From positions 101,941 through 165,940 of the forward strand of contig CAVSRY010000009.1 in NCBI GenBank assembly GCA_963730485.1: a stretch of DNA of 64,000 nt. Direction: 5' to 3'. Below are positions 10,041 through 21,818 of the stretch, piece after piece (positions within the stretch are counted from its first letter, which is position 1; every line of letters starts with the position of its first letter). The notes under the pieces were generated by a model. The model had not been told where the DNA came from and did not search any database. It saw only the letters and a list, made by a program, of their open reading frames with translations. Both the position numbers and the translations under genes were made by a program. Origin of the DNA: an uncultured Acidobacteriota bacterium. GTDB taxonomy: Bacteria; Acidobacteriota; Vicinamibacteria; Vicinamibacterales; SCN-69-37.

Positions 10041-10907
10041 TTACCGGCCGGCCTTGCCGCCCGGCCACTTCAGGTCGCGCGGCTCGCGGTTCGCGGCGGG
10101 CTCGCGGATCTCGGCCCTGGCCGACCGGTACGCGCGCGCCGGAAGAGTCCGCTGACCCCGTTTCTTCCAAAGGGTCGTGAGGTCGTCGGCGCCGCCGTTG
10201 GCCGGAAGCATCCGGTAGTCGCCGCCGTCGTACTCCAGGAATTCGCACATCTCGTGGAGGCGTGAATAGAGCCTGAACCCCACGCGTACCTTCAGCGCGT
10301 CGAGATCGGCATCGTCGGGAACATCTTCGTAGTTGGTGGTGAAGATGGTCGGACGCCGTTCGTTGTACCGCGTATTGACGATGAGGTTGACGGTCTCTTC
10401 CACCCACTCGGACGGCTTCTCGGCGCCGAGGTCATCGAGGACGAGCAGGTCGGCCTCCATGACGGGCCGCAGAATGTCCATTTCCGCGGTGCGGACGACC
10501 GGGTTGTACGTCGATCGGATAATCCGGAGGAGGTCGCGAACATCGTAGAAGAGTCCCCGCGCTCCCTGCGTCGTGACGACCTTCCGGAGCACCGCGACGG
10601 CGATGTGCGTCTTCCCAATCCCGGGCGGACCGATCAGGCACAGGCCCTTCGAGACGGCAGGAAACTCGTCGGCGAACTTCTTCGCGCGATTGATGACCGA
10701 AAGCAGCCGCTCGTTCTGGTAGAGGATGAAGTTGTCGAGGTCGCAACGCGCGTAACGCGGCGGCACGCGGGCGTCGGCGACGAGCTTCGAGGTGCGTGTG
10801 TCTTCCCAACACGCGCAGCGCTCCACTCGTCTCACACCATCGCGTTCGACAGGGCGCCAGCCCGTTCCGCCGCAGGAGGCGCAGGACATTGCGCCCACAG
10901 GATACAT
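10041..10907 (-). CDS. DnaC/DnaI-like AAA+ ATPase with N-terminal Cys4 zinc ribbon
   Basis: An intact 288-aa ORF with CASCGGTGW..CACW, RYARCDLDNF, Walker A GPPGIGKTHIAVAV and Walker B LLVLDDLG. It is the last gene of the dnaK-dnaJ-hspR string. Confidence 0.75.
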   Translation of the reverse strand: MYPVGAMSCASCGGTGWRPVERDGVRRVERCACWEDTRTSKLVADARVPPRYARCDLDNFILYQNERLLSVINRAKKFADEFPAVSKGLCLIGPPGIGKTHIAVAVLRKVVTTQGARGLFYDVRDLLRIIRSTYNPVVRTAEMDILRPVMEADLLVLDDLGAEKPSEWVEETVNLIVNTRYNERRPTIFTTNYEDVPDDADLDALKVRVGFRLYSRLHEMCEFLEYDGGDYRMLPANGGADDLTTLWKKRGQRTLPARAYRSARAEIREPAANREPRDLKWPGGKAGR

Positions 10908-10922
10908 GAAACGCGCGCGCGA

Positions 10923-11348
10923 TCAGACGTCGCGCGAACGAAGAAGTTCGTTCTCGTTCTTGATGTCGGTGACGGCCTTGACGCCGGAGGTGGGCACGAG
11001 CGCCGTGTTGAGACGCTGTTCCCAATCGCCGAGTCCTCGCGCGAGCTCACGTTTGACGTACTGCATGAACTCGTTGACTTCGCTCTGCATGCGTTCCATC
11101 TTCCGGCGCATGTTGAGAATGATCTCCACGCCGGCCAGGTTGACGCCGAGGTCGCGTGTCAACGCCAGGATGGTTTCGAGGTCCTTGAGATCCTCGTCGG
11201 AGTACAGCCGCGTGTTCCCCTCGGTTCGTGAAGGTTTCAGCAGCCCTTCGCGTTCGTACAACCGAAGCGTTTGCGGGTGAATGTTGTACCGGGTCGCGAC
11301 CGCGCTGATCATGTAGTAGCCGCGTCCGGTTCCTTGCTTGGTGGCCAT
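10923..11348 (-). CDS. hspR: MerR-family heat-shock repressor HspR
   Basis: YYMISAVATRYNIHPQTLRLYEREGLLKPSRTEGNTRLYSDEDL is a MerR helix-turn-helix, and the gene sits directly downstream of dnaJ. Confidence 0.85.
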   Translation of the reverse strand: MATKQGTGRGYYMISAVATRYNIHPQTLRLYEREGLLKPSRTEGNTRLYSDEDLKDLETILALTRDLGVNLAGVEIILNMRRKMERMQSEVNEFMQYVKRELARGLGDWEQRLNTALVPTSGVKAVTDIKNENELLRSRDV

Positions 11349-11378
11349 AGAACACCGTCGGCCCGGCGTGGGCCGTGC

Positions 11379-12477
11379 TTACGCCTGTTCGAATAACGTC
11401 CGGCGGACATCGTCGCCATTGCGACGGCCGAATTCCTGCAACAGTGACCGGGACTCCTCGTCCAGCTCTCGAGGCAGCACAATCTGCACCTCGACCACGA
11501 GGTCGCCCACCTCGTCGTCGGTGCGGTTCGGCTCGAACCCGATGCCCTGACCTCGGACCCGGAGACGCTCACCGGAGGCCGTGCCGGGCGGAATACGCAC
11601 CCGCACGGTGCCGTCGAGCGTCGGAACCTCGACACGCGCGCCGAGCGCCGCTTCGTGCACTGCCACGGGCAAGGTCACGTGCAGGTCTCGACCCTCGCGC
11701 CGGAGAAACGGATGCGGGCCGACGTCAATCGTCACGTACAGGTCCCCCGCCGGTCCGCCGCGCGCGCCGGCGTGCCCGTGGCCGGGCACCGCGATACGGG
11801 CACCCGCCTCGACGCCGGCGGGAATCGACAGCGTGATCACCTCAGTGCGCGACCCCGTACCGGCGCCCGCGCATGTCGCGACACGTTTCGTTGTCGATGC
11901 GTCCCTGACCCGCGCACACGTCGCACGCCTTGGTGAACACAAGGTGTCCCCGAGCCCATCGCCGCGAACCCGATCCGCCGCACGCCGGACAACCTGCCGT
12001 GGCGCGCACCACACGCCCCCGGCCGAGGCACGTCCCACAACGCTCTTTCCGCGTGACCGACAGCGCCACTTCGGCACCGCGCGCGGCGTCGCGAAACGAG
12101 ATCTGGAGGTCGGCTTCGACATCCAGACCACGCGACGGCGCTGTGGCTTCCTGCGCGGCGTGCTGAAACACGTCCGCGAACAACTCGGAGAACGTCGCGG
12201 CCCGCGGGCCTTCCGCCGGCGCTTCGAAGTCGAACCCCTCGAACGTGATGGTCGCTTCGACCACCGGTTCGCCGCGCGCGCCGCGGTCGTACTCGCGGCG
12301 CCGCGTGACGTCGGCGAGTACGGCGTAGGCCTCTTGAATCTGCTGGTACATCGCCTCGGAGACCCGATCCCCCGGATTCACGCCCGGGTGATAGCGGCGC
12401 GCCAGCCGACGGAACGCCCGCTCGATTTCGGCTGACGACGCCGTGCGCGCGACTCCAAGCAACGTGTACAGATCCAC
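11379..12477 (-). CDS. dnaJ: molecular chaperone DnaJ (one frame break near 11876)
   Basis: The start is GTG, preceded by GGGAG. The J domain reads DLYTLLGVARTASSAEIERAFRRLARRYHPGVNP, followed by zinc-finger CxxCxGxG repeats. The C-terminal piece reads ITLSIPAGVEAGARIAVPGHGHAGARGGPAGDLYVTIDV. Confidence 0.85.
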
Positions 12478-12480
12478 TTC

Positions 12481-12514
12481 TTACTCCCGAACTCCTCGAC
12501 CCTCGGAACTCCGC
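12481..12514. repeat. short word array, family B complement, in the dnaK-dnaJ spacer
   Basis: The minus strand reads GGAGTTCCGAGGGTCGAGGAGTTCGGGAG, matching the CGAGGAGTCCGAGGTGCGAGGAGTCCGAG words at 27437-27465. It contains the dnaJ Shine-Dalgarno. Confidence 0.3.
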
Positions 12515-14434
<1,920 letters not shown>

Positions 14435-14479
14435 AACTCTCTCCCTCTCCGAGAACCGGAACGATGTTTAGTGACTTAG

Positions 14480-14510
14480 ATGATAGATTCTTGAGTGTCG
14501 TGTTGTCAAT
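14480..14510 (-). promoter_or_regulatory. dnaK promoter with overlapping HAIR-like HspR operator
   Basis: The minus strand reads aTTGACA-acacgac-ACTCAAG-aatc-TATCAT. That gives TTGACA, an 18-nt spacer and TATCAT. ACTCAAG is the exact right half of the HAIR consensus CTTGAGT-N7-ACTCAAG, and the left half matches 4 of 7. Confidence 0.45.
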
Positions 14511-14593
14511 TATTTCTGCCTTGGGGTGCATGCACTTAGGGGGTATCATCGGAATCAGCCAAGCCTGCCTGACCTGCCGGGGAGTAAGCAGCG

Positions 14594-16123
14594 ATGACCC
14601 GTCGTCTTCGAGTCAGGCCCATCACTCTTCAATTTCTGGCCGTGGCGCTTGCCGCGGTCTTGGCGCCTGTTCCGGCCGCTCGTGCCGCCGGCGGTCAGCA
14701 ATACCCCGAGCCTTCCACTCGCGATCAACTCCCGGTCGACGAAAACAGAGACTGGTCAGACCAGATCCCTGCCCACGTGTCCGTGGTTGACGGCACGGCC
14801 GAACTGGAACGTGACGGGCAGCGCGAGACCGCGGAGGAAAACGTCCCGTTGCTTGCCGGCGATCGTCTGCGCACGGCGCGCGGGAGGGTCGAAGTGCTCT
14901 TCTCTGATGGTAGCGCGCTGGCCCTCGATGAAAACACTGACGTCGATCTTCTTTCTGAGTCACTGCTGCGCGTCCAGGCGGGACGCATCCGCATGGCGAT
15001 CGCCCGTGGCGGGGCCGACCTTGCGTATCGCGTCGATGCCGCCGGCACCATCACGTGGCTCCGCTCAGCCGGCGAATACCGCATCCTCGTCGACAACCGA
15101 TCGAGCGAACCTGAAGTTCACGTCACCGTGCTGCGCGGCACGGCTGAGCTCGAATCCGCCGGTGGCCGCACGCTGATCCGGACCGGTCTTGAAGCACGCG
15201 CAAACGCACGCAATGAACCCTCGCTCCCGTACGCCACGAACGTCTCGGCGTGGGACGCGTTCGATCGCTGGGTGGACGATCAGCAGCGCTATCGCACCGG
15301 CGCGCGTTCGGCGCAATACCTGCCGGCCGAGCTTCGGCAGTACGGCGGCGCGTTCGATCATGACGGCTCTTGGGAGTACGAGCAGGGCTACGGCTACGTC
15401 TGGTATCCGACGGTCGCCGTCGACTGGCGGCCGTACTACGACGGCGGTTGGTCGTTCTACGGCTCATTTGGATGGACGTGGGTGGGCGGCGGTCGTTGGA
15501 CCTGGCCCACGCATCACTACGGCCGCTGGGGTTTTGGAACAAATCGCTGGTACTGGATTCCGGGACGCCGATGGGGCCCGGGATGGGTCTCGTGGGCCAG
15601 CGCGCCCGGCTATCTCGGATGGTGCCCGCTCGGTTTCGACAATCGGCCGGTCATCTCGGTCACGAACATCAATCACTACGGCGGTGACAGACGCTACGGG
15701 TGGACGGTGCTCCCGTCCAACCGATTCGGTTCGCGGGTCGCGGTCAGCCGCTGGGCCGTCTCGCCGCAGACGCTGTCTGGCGGACGATTCACGCAGCACG
15801 CGAGCTCTCCAGTCCGTCCCGCGGCCGTGACGCGCCAGATCGAACCGCTCCGTGCGCCGACCTATTCGGGTGGCCGCTTCGCCGTGCCGCGGTCGGCGAG
15901 CTCGTCGTCGGCCGCGTCGCTCAGCACTCGACCGTCCAGTGTCGGCGGGGATGAGACGCGGTCGGCGGTCGCTCGAGGCCGTGTCGCCGCGACGCCGGGG
16001 CGACCGTCGAATCCCGTGACGCGGCCATCCGGCCCCGACGATGGCCCTTCGGAGCGTCCGTCCACGATGCGGACCGACCGGACCTCGCTCGCGGTCGGCC
16101 GACGATGGCGGCTCTGCGGATAG
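14594..16123 (+). CDS. FecR-domain protein with W/Y/G-rich C-terminal region (DUF6600-like)
   Basis: It has a signal-like N-terminus and a FecR block (GDRLRTARGRVEVLFSDGSALALDENTDVDL). It then reads GYGYVWYPTVAVDWRPYYDGGWSFYGSFGWTWVGGGRWTWPTHHYGRWGF and has an S/R/P-rich tail. It ends at an in-frame TAG (16121-16123) after which the same frame stays open. Confidence 0.65.
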   Translation: MTRRLRVRPITLQFLAVALAAVLAPVPAARAAGGQQYPEPSTRDQLPVDENRDWSDQIPAHVSVVDGTAELERDGQRETAEENVPLLAGDRLRTARGRVEVLFSDGSALALDENTDVDLLSESLLRVQAGRIRMAIARGGADLAYRVDAAGTITWLRSAGEYRILVDNRSSEPEVHVTVLRGTAELESAGGRTLIRTGLEARANARNEPSLPYATNVSAWDAFDRWVDDQQRYRTGARSAQYLPAELRQYGGAFDHDGSWEYEQGYGYVWYPTVAVDWRPYYDGGWSFYGSFGWTWVGGGRWTWPTHHYGRWGFGTNRWYWIPGRRWGPGWVSWASAPGYLGWCPLGFDNRPVISVTNINHYGGDRRYGWTVLPSNRFGSRVAVSRWAVSPQTLSGGRFTQHASSPVRPAAVTRQIEPLRAPTYSGGRFAVPRSASSSSAASLSTRPSSVGGDETRSAVARGRVAATPGRPSNPVTRPSGPDDGPSERPSTMRTDRTSLAVGRRWRLCG

Positions 16124-16285
16124 CCCGGCGCACGGTGCGTTCGGCCAGCCCTCGGTCGCGCTCGAATCCGAGCCCGGCTCCTGCCGCGGGTTCAGCGGCG
16201 GTCGGGCTCGGGTTCGGGCTCAGGTTCAGGTTCGGGCTCGAGTTCCGGATCGTCGTCCGGGCCGGCGGCTGGCGGCCGGCGGTCC

Positions 16286-16693
16286 ATGTCATCAGCACCG
16301 GTGCCCCAGCCATCAGAGCGGGTCATGAACCGCCGGTTCAGTTCGTCTCCCTACGAGAGCGCCCCGATGCAGCGGCCCTTCGGCTCCGCTCAGGGCGCCC
16401 CGAGCAACACCGAGGGGCGAAGCGCTCCCTCACGCGAGGTCGGGCGCTTCCCCTCCTCGCCGCGCGCGTCGGCGCCCTCGTACGAACGCGCACCGCGCAT
16501 CGAGCGGTCCGCACCCAGGCAGGAGCCGGTCGAACGAGCTGCGCCGAGTCGGTCGATCCGGATGGCGCCCACGCAATCGCCCCAGATGGAACGCTCCGCG
16601 CCGAGCCGATCCGATCGTGTCGAGCGAAGCGGCCCAACCCCGACACGATCGTCCGAGAGCCGGGGCCAGGCGCGCAGCCGAAACAGCCGCTGA
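16286..16693 (+). CDS. probable C-terminal continuation of the FecR-like protein (S/R/P-rich, ERSAPSR repeats)
   Basis: It is in the same frame as 14594-16123 and open from 16124. It is preceded by a (GGYTCR)n repeat that encodes (GS)n in this frame, and its composition matches the tail upstream of the TAG. Confidence 0.4.
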   Translation: MSSAPVPQPSERVMNRRFSSSPYESAPMQRPFGSAQGAPSNTEGRSAPSREVGRFPSSPRASAPSYERAPRIERSAPRQEPVERAAPSRSIRMAPTQSPQMERSAPSRSDRVERSGPTPTRSSESRGQARSRNSR

Positions 16694-16725
16694 CACGCGG
16701 GCCGGTTGCCGTACACTGTTAATCC

Positions 16726-18939
16726 ATGAACCGATTGACCGGGCGCCTCGCCCGGAACTTCGGCATCGCGGCGCTCTTCCTCCTCGCCGCGGTGTCGGGC
16801 ACGGCCGGCGGCGTACTCTTCGCGTTTTCCGGTGACCTCCCGCAGATCTCGGCGCTCGACGAGTACACGCCGGGCACGATCACCCGCGTCGTCGGACGCA
16901 ACGGCGCCGTCGTCGGCGAGTTCGCCACCGAACGGCGCGTGATCGTCTCGTACGCCGACATTCCGCCCGTGCTGCGCAACGCGCTCGTCGCGGCCGAGGA
17001 CGGTTCGTTCTTCCACCACAGCGGAATCAACGTTCGTCGCTTCCTCGTTGCAGCCGTGCGGCGGGCCACGGGATGCCGGCGCTGCGGCGGGGCCAGCACG
17101 ATCACCCAGCAGCTCGCGCGAAAGCTGTTTCTGACGGACGAGTTCACGCCGGAACGCAAAATCAAGGAGATGCTCCTCTCCCTTCAGATCGAGAAGCGCT
17201 ACACGAAGGAAGAGATCCTCACGATGTACGCCAACAAGATGTACTGGGGACACGGCATCTATGGCGTCGAGGCGGCCTCGCAGCTGTATTTTGCGAAGTC
17301 GGTGAAGGACCTCACGCTCAACGAGGCCGCGATGATCGCCGGCATTCATCAGAGCAATGCCCGGCAGAGCCCCTACAACAACATGGCGGCCGCGATCGAA
17401 CGCCGCAACTATGCGCTCGATCGCATGGTGGACAACGACTTCATCACGAAGGCCGAGGCCGATGCGGCGAAGGCCATGCCGATCGTGACGCATGGACAGC
17501 CGACTCCGACACCCTCGAGCGCGCCCTATTTCGTCGAGACCATTCGGGCGCAACTCGAACAACGCTACGGCGCCAAGGCGTTGTACGAAAACGGGCTGGT
17601 CATTCGGACGGGTCTCGATCCGGAGCTCCAACGCGCCGCGACCGTGGCCCTGGACACCGGAGTCCGGCGTCTCGACAAACTGCGGGGATATCGAAAACCC
17701 ACGCGCAACGTCCTGGCGGAACAGCGCACGGTCGAAAACTACCGCCACCCACGCTGGACGCGAGACATCCAAGTCGGCGACGTCATTCCAGCAATCGTGG
17801 CGGGCGTGACAGAGTCAGGCCTCCGCGTACGCGCCGGGCGGCTGACCGGCACGGTGGACAAGGCGGGCTACGAGTGGACGAGACGAAAGCCAACGGAACT
17901 CGGACGCGTCGGTGACCTGATCGAAGTCCGCGTGCTCAAGCTCGATAACACGGAAACGGCGACGTTCGCGCTGGAGCAGATCCCGGTGCTCCAGGGCGCC
18001 ATGGTCGCGCTGGAGAATCGAACGGGCCAGATTCTCGCGATGGTGGGCGGCGAAAGCTTCGACCGCAGTCAATTCAACCGCGCCACGCAGGCCCAGCGGC
18101 AGGTGGGCTCGCTGTTCAAGCCGTTCGTCTACGCCGCGGCGATCGATCGCGGCTACACGACGCAATCCTTGCTGGACGACTCGCCGGCGAGCTTCACCGC
18201 CGGTCCCAACCAGCCGCCGTACGAACCGAGGAACTACGATCGCGAGTACCGCGGGATGATCACTCTGCGTGACGCGCTCGAAGACTCACGCAACGTGCCG
18301 ACCGTTCGGCTGATGGCGGCGCTCGGGCCGCGCGAAGTCGTGAACTACGCGAAGCGCCTGGGCGTGACCTCGCCGTTGCCCGAGTACCTCTCGGTCGCCA
18401 TCGGCGCCGCGGAAGGTTCGCTCATCGAGATGACCGCTGCGTATGCGGCGTTCGCCAACCAGGGCGTGCGCATGACGCCGATCCCGATCCTCGAGGTCGT
18501 CGGCCGCGACGGCACGATTCTCGAACAGCATCGCGCCGAGCCCCACGAGGCGATTCGCGCGGACACGGCATACATCACGACCAGCATGCTCGAAGGCGTG
18601 ATTCAGCACGGGACCGGTCAGGCCGCGAAGGTGCTCGACTGGCCGCTTGCCGGGAAGACCGGCACGACCGACGACTACTCGGACGCCTGGTTCATCGGTT
18701 TCGACCCGAACATCACCGTCGGCGTGTGGGTGGGCTTCGATCAGAAGAAGCCGATCGGGACGAACCAGACCGGCGCCGTCGCGGCCCTGCCGATCTGGCA
18801 GGAGATCATGAAATCCTGGATCGCGCGCCAGCGCCCGGCGCACGCCGAGCCGCCCGTGTTCGAACGGCCCGGCAACATCGTGACGGTGTCGACCGCTCGC
18901 GGGCCGGAAGTGTTCATTGCAGGGACACAGCCGCAATAG
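16726..18939 (+). CDS. mrcA: penicillin-binding protein 1A (bifunctional transglycosylase/transpeptidase)
   Basis: An intact 737-aa ORF with AAEDGSFFHHSGIN, STITQQLAR, GSLFKPF (SxxK) and KTGTTDD. Confidence 0.92.
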   Translation: MNRLTGRLARNFGIAALFLLAAVSGTAGGVLFAFSGDLPQISALDEYTPGTITRVVGRNGAVVGEFATERRVIVSYADIPPVLRNALVAAEDGSFFHHSGINVRRFLVAAVRRATGCRRCGGASTITQQLARKLFLTDEFTPERKIKEMLLSLQIEKRYTKEEILTMYANKMYWGHGIYGVEAASQLYFAKSVKDLTLNEAAMIAGIHQSNARQSPYNNMAAAIERRNYALDRMVDNDFITKAEADAAKAMPIVTHGQPTPTPSSAPYFVETIRAQLEQRYGAKALYENGLVIRTGLDPELQRAATVALDTGVRRLDKLRGYRKPTRNVLAEQRTVENYRHPRWTRDIQVGDVIPAIVAGVTESGLRVRAGRLTGTVDKAGYEWTRRKPTELGRVGDLIEVRVLKLDNTETATFALEQIPVLQGAMVALENRTGQILAMVGGESFDRSQFNRATQAQRQVGSLFKPFVYAAAIDRGYTTQSLLDDSPASFTAGPNQPPYEPRNYDREYRGMITLRDALEDSRNVPTVRLMAALGPREVVNYAKRLGVTSPLPEYLSVAIGAAEGSLIEMTAAYAAFANQGVRMTPIPILEVVGRDGTILEQHRAEPHEAIRADTAYITTSMLEGVIQHGTGQAAKVLDWPLAGKTGTTDDYSDAWFIGFDPNITVGVWVGFDQKKPIGTNQTGAVAALPIWQEIMKSWIARQRPAHAEPPVFERPGNIVTVSTARGPEVFIAGTQPQ

Positions 18940-19104
18940 CCATTTGTCATTGGTTATTGCGCTATTTGCTATTGCATTGATCCATTGGTCATTTGCTATT
19001 GGCGTGCGGCTGCCGCGCGCAGTCGAGCAACCGGCTGCGATCAATGACCAATGGCCAATGACCAATCACAAATAGCCAATAACCAATAACAAATAACAAA
19101 TGTC
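18940..19104. repeat. word-array hairpin, family F (CATTGGT/TATTGCN)
   Basis: The left arm is CATTTGT CATTGGT TATTGCG CTATTTG CTATTGC ATTGATC CATTGGT CATTTGC. The centre is GC-rich. The right arm is ACCAATG GCCAATG ACCAATC ACAAATA GCCAATA ACCAATA ACAAATA ACAAATG. It fills the mrcA/prfB convergent spacer. Confidence 0.8.
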
Positions 19105-20237
19105 TCAGTCTTCCTCGGCCGCGGTTTCCAACTTGCCGAGGGCACGTTTCATCAGATACGCCTTGATGAACTCGTCGAGGTCGCCGTCGAGCACCCGGTT
19201 GATGTCGCCCACCTGGTGCTTCGTGCGGTGGTCCTTGACCATCTGATACGGGTGCAGCACGTAGCTGCGAATCTGGCTGCCGAAGGCGATGTCCTTCTTC
19301 TCGCCACCCAGCTGGTCGAGCTTGGCCTGCTGTTCCTTCAGCTTCAGGTCGTAGAGACGGGCGCGCAGCACCTTCATGCCTGACGCACGGTTCTTGTGCT
19401 GCGAGCGTTCGTTCTGACACGACACCACGATGCCCGTCGGCAGGTGCGTGATGCGCACGGCGGAGTCGGTGACGTTCACGTGCTGGCCGCCGGCGCCGCT
19501 CGACCGGAACGTGTCGATGCGCAGGTCCTTTTCGTCGATCTCGACGTCGATGTCGTCGGGCAGTTCCGGCCAGACGTAGAGCGACGCAAAGGACGTGTGA
19601 CGCCTCGCGGCCTGGTCGAACGGCGAAATGCGCACGAGGCGATGAACGCCCGCTTCCGCTGAGAGAAGTCCGTACGCGTAGTCACCGCTGATCGTGACGG
19701 TGACGCTCTTGAGGCCGGCCTCGTCGCCCGGCTGATAGTCCATGACCTCGCGCTTGAACCCGCGGCGCTCGGACCAGCGGGTGTACATGCGGAGCAGCAT
19801 CTCGGCCCAGTCCTGCGACTCGGTGCCGCCGGCGCCGGGATGAATCGTGACGATGGCGTTCTTCCGGTCGAGCTCGCCCGACAGCATCGTGCGGATCTCG
19901 CCGGTCTGAATGTCCCGGCCATACGTCTCGAGCCCGCGCTCGAGGTCCGCCGTCACGTCTTCCCCCTGGCGCGCCCAATCGATCAGCACACCAAGGTCAT
20001 CGCCCTGCTTCCGCAGCGCTTCCGCCAAGCGTCCGGTCGTCCTCGAGACGACGGCGGCGCTGCTGGACGCGCTGGGCGTTGGCCGGATCCTTCCAGAAGT
20101 CCGGCGCGGACGCCTCGGCTTCGATGTCGGTCAGTTCGCGGAGAAGCCGGGCTTCGTCAAAGCCCCCTCCGGAGGTCAGTGGCGCGCTCGGCCAGGCCCG
20201 CGTGCATGCGGACCAACTCGTCCAACGTCATGGTCAT
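19105..20237 (-). CDS. prfB: peptide chain release factor 2 (programmed +1 frameshift plus one extra, unprogrammed frame break near 20030-20045)
   Basis: ORF0 reads [29 protein letters not shown]. The +1 frame continues [33 protein letters not shown]. The main body has SPF and GGQHVN ([37 protein letters not shown]). Confidence 0.92.
20156..20168 (-). promoter_or_regulatory. prfB autoregulatory +1 frameshift site
   Basis: The minus strand reads AGGGGG CTT TGA C, which is an internal SD-like element 3 nt before the slippery CUU-UGA-C. The UGA is codon 27. Confidence 0.85.
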
Positions 20238-20256
20238 GTCGAACTGTCTCCCTATC

Positions 20257-21784
20257 TCACGATTTCGCCGGCCGTCGCCAACCCGCCAGCCACACCATCG
20301 CGGTGGCCACGAGCGACATCCACACGACGATGTCCCCAAGCTGGTTGTACCACGTGCGGCCCGACAGAAGCCGGACGTCGGCGGTCACCGCCGCCGGCAC
20401 GAACAGATCCGTCCGCGTCAAGACGCGGCCGTACGGATCCACGGCGCCGCTGATGCCGGTGTTCGCCGCTCGAACGACATATCGCCCTTCCTCGACCGCG
20501 CGGATCGCGCCCTGCTCGAAGTGCTGGTACGCGGCCGACGATCGCTGGAACCAGGCGTCATTCGTGATCGTCACGAGCAACTGGCTGCCACGCAAGACGA
20601 ACGCGCGCGCGAGCCACGGGTACACCGACTCGTAACAGATGGCGACACTGAATCGGCGGCCGTCTGCGTCGAACACGACCGGCTCCGTCCCCGCCGAGAA
20701 ATCGCTCACCGCCTCGATGAGCGGGCCGACGAAGAACAGCAGGCGTTTGAGCGGCACGTACTCGCCGAACGGCACGAGCTGCATCTTCCGGTACGACGCG
20801 CGAGATCTGCCGTCAGCGTCCGACCAGCACGGCGGCGTTGAAGTAGCGATCCGGCTCATCGGCCGTCGCCCGGACGAACTCGTCGGTTCCGATCAAGAAC
20901 GGCGTCTTGGCTTCAACGGCAAGACGGCGAACGGGCGCGGCGAAATTCGCCTGGAGATCGAAATAGAACGGCGTCGCGGCCTCGGGCCACACGACGAGGT
21001 CGGCCCCCTCGCCAATCACCTGACGACTCAGGTCGAGATAGCGCCCCAGGATGACGTCGCGAAGCTTGGGATCGTACTTGTCTTCCTGATTGATCGACCC
21101 CTGCACAAGACCCGCCTTGAACGATGCGCCCTCGTGCAGCAACACCCCGCGGTTCACACGCAGGAGCCCGCCCGCCACGACAGCGGCGAGCAGCAGCGCG
21201 ACCGCGATCGCGCCACCGCGTTGCACGCGATCGCGTGTCAGCGCGACGATAGCGGCGGCAGTGCCGACCAGGGCGACGAGCGCCGACAGACCGTAGACGC
21301 CGACGACGCTCGCGGCCTGGACGACCGGAATGACCGTCGCCTGCGAGGATCCGAGCGGGGCCCAGGCAAATCCGGCTCCCCCAGTCGAGCGCGCCCACTC
21401 GGTCGCGACCCAGAAACACGGCGAGAGCCAGACGCCCGCCACGCCCAAGCGGTGCGCGGCCATCCGCACGAGGAGAGCGAAGAGACCGACGTACAGCGCA
21501 AGGTAACTGGCGAGCAGCAGGGCGACGAGCACGGAGACGACGAACGACAGTCCGCCGTAGGTGTTCATCACCCCCGTGACCCAGTACAACGTGCCGCTGA
21601 AATAGACGAGCCCGGACAGGACGCCGAGACCGAACGTGCGCGAGGGCGCGCGGCGCTCGCCGAGCGCCAACACGACGGACACGATGAGCGGCGCGAGCGC
21701 AATCCACGCGAGGGCAGGAGTGCCGAACTTCGGAAAACTGCCGGCGAGAAGCGCGCCGGACAGCACGGCCAGCGCAGTCTTCAC
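20257..21784 (-). CDS. lnt: apolipoprotein N-acyltransferase (one frame break near 20818)
   Basis: The polytopic N-terminal half carries the nitrilase-type start (VVWPEAATPF). After the break the product reads YRKMQLVPFGEYVP..FSVAICYESVYP..LVTITNDAWF. Confidence 0.85.
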
Positions 21785-21818
21785 GGGTCAGGCTGTCGGT
21801 TGGATCGTCACCCGCGGA

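Noticed and set aside
10041-10907. IS21-type IstB helper ATPase, which would imply a mobile element.
   Set aside because: There is no IstA transposase gene and no inverted repeats. The protein has a Cys4 ribbon and sits as the last gene of the dnaK-dnaJ-hspR string. The DnaC/DnaI-like chromosomal reading fits better.
14435-14593. A CIRCE (HrcA) element upstream of dnaK. The same search was made upstream of hsp20 (56842-56948).
   Set aside because: I searched by eye for TTAGCACTC-N9-GAGTGCTAA on both strands and found no convincing match. Only the HAIR-like half-site is present at dnaK.
16121-16123. Programmed read-through or pyrrolysine at the in-frame TAG of the FecR-like gene.
   Set aside because: There are no pyl genes or other TAG-interrupted genes here, and the assembly is indel-prone. 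Compensating frame errors or a base error are more likely. It is kept as a finding only because the downstream frame is clearly open and compositionally matched.
16390-17772. Long ORFs antisense to well-supported genes. Examples are 16390-17772 (-) opposite mrcA, 44902-46608 (+) opposite rpsA, 53583-55436 (+) opposite uvrC, 2922-4118 (+), 20639-22261 (+), 25349-26638 (-), 27876-29273 (-) and 60599-61903 (+).
   Set aside because: Their translations are Arg/Gly/Asp/His-rich low-complexity strings with no recognisable motifs. They mirror genes that have clear family signatures. Such shadow ORFs are expected in GC-rich DNA because stop codons are rare.
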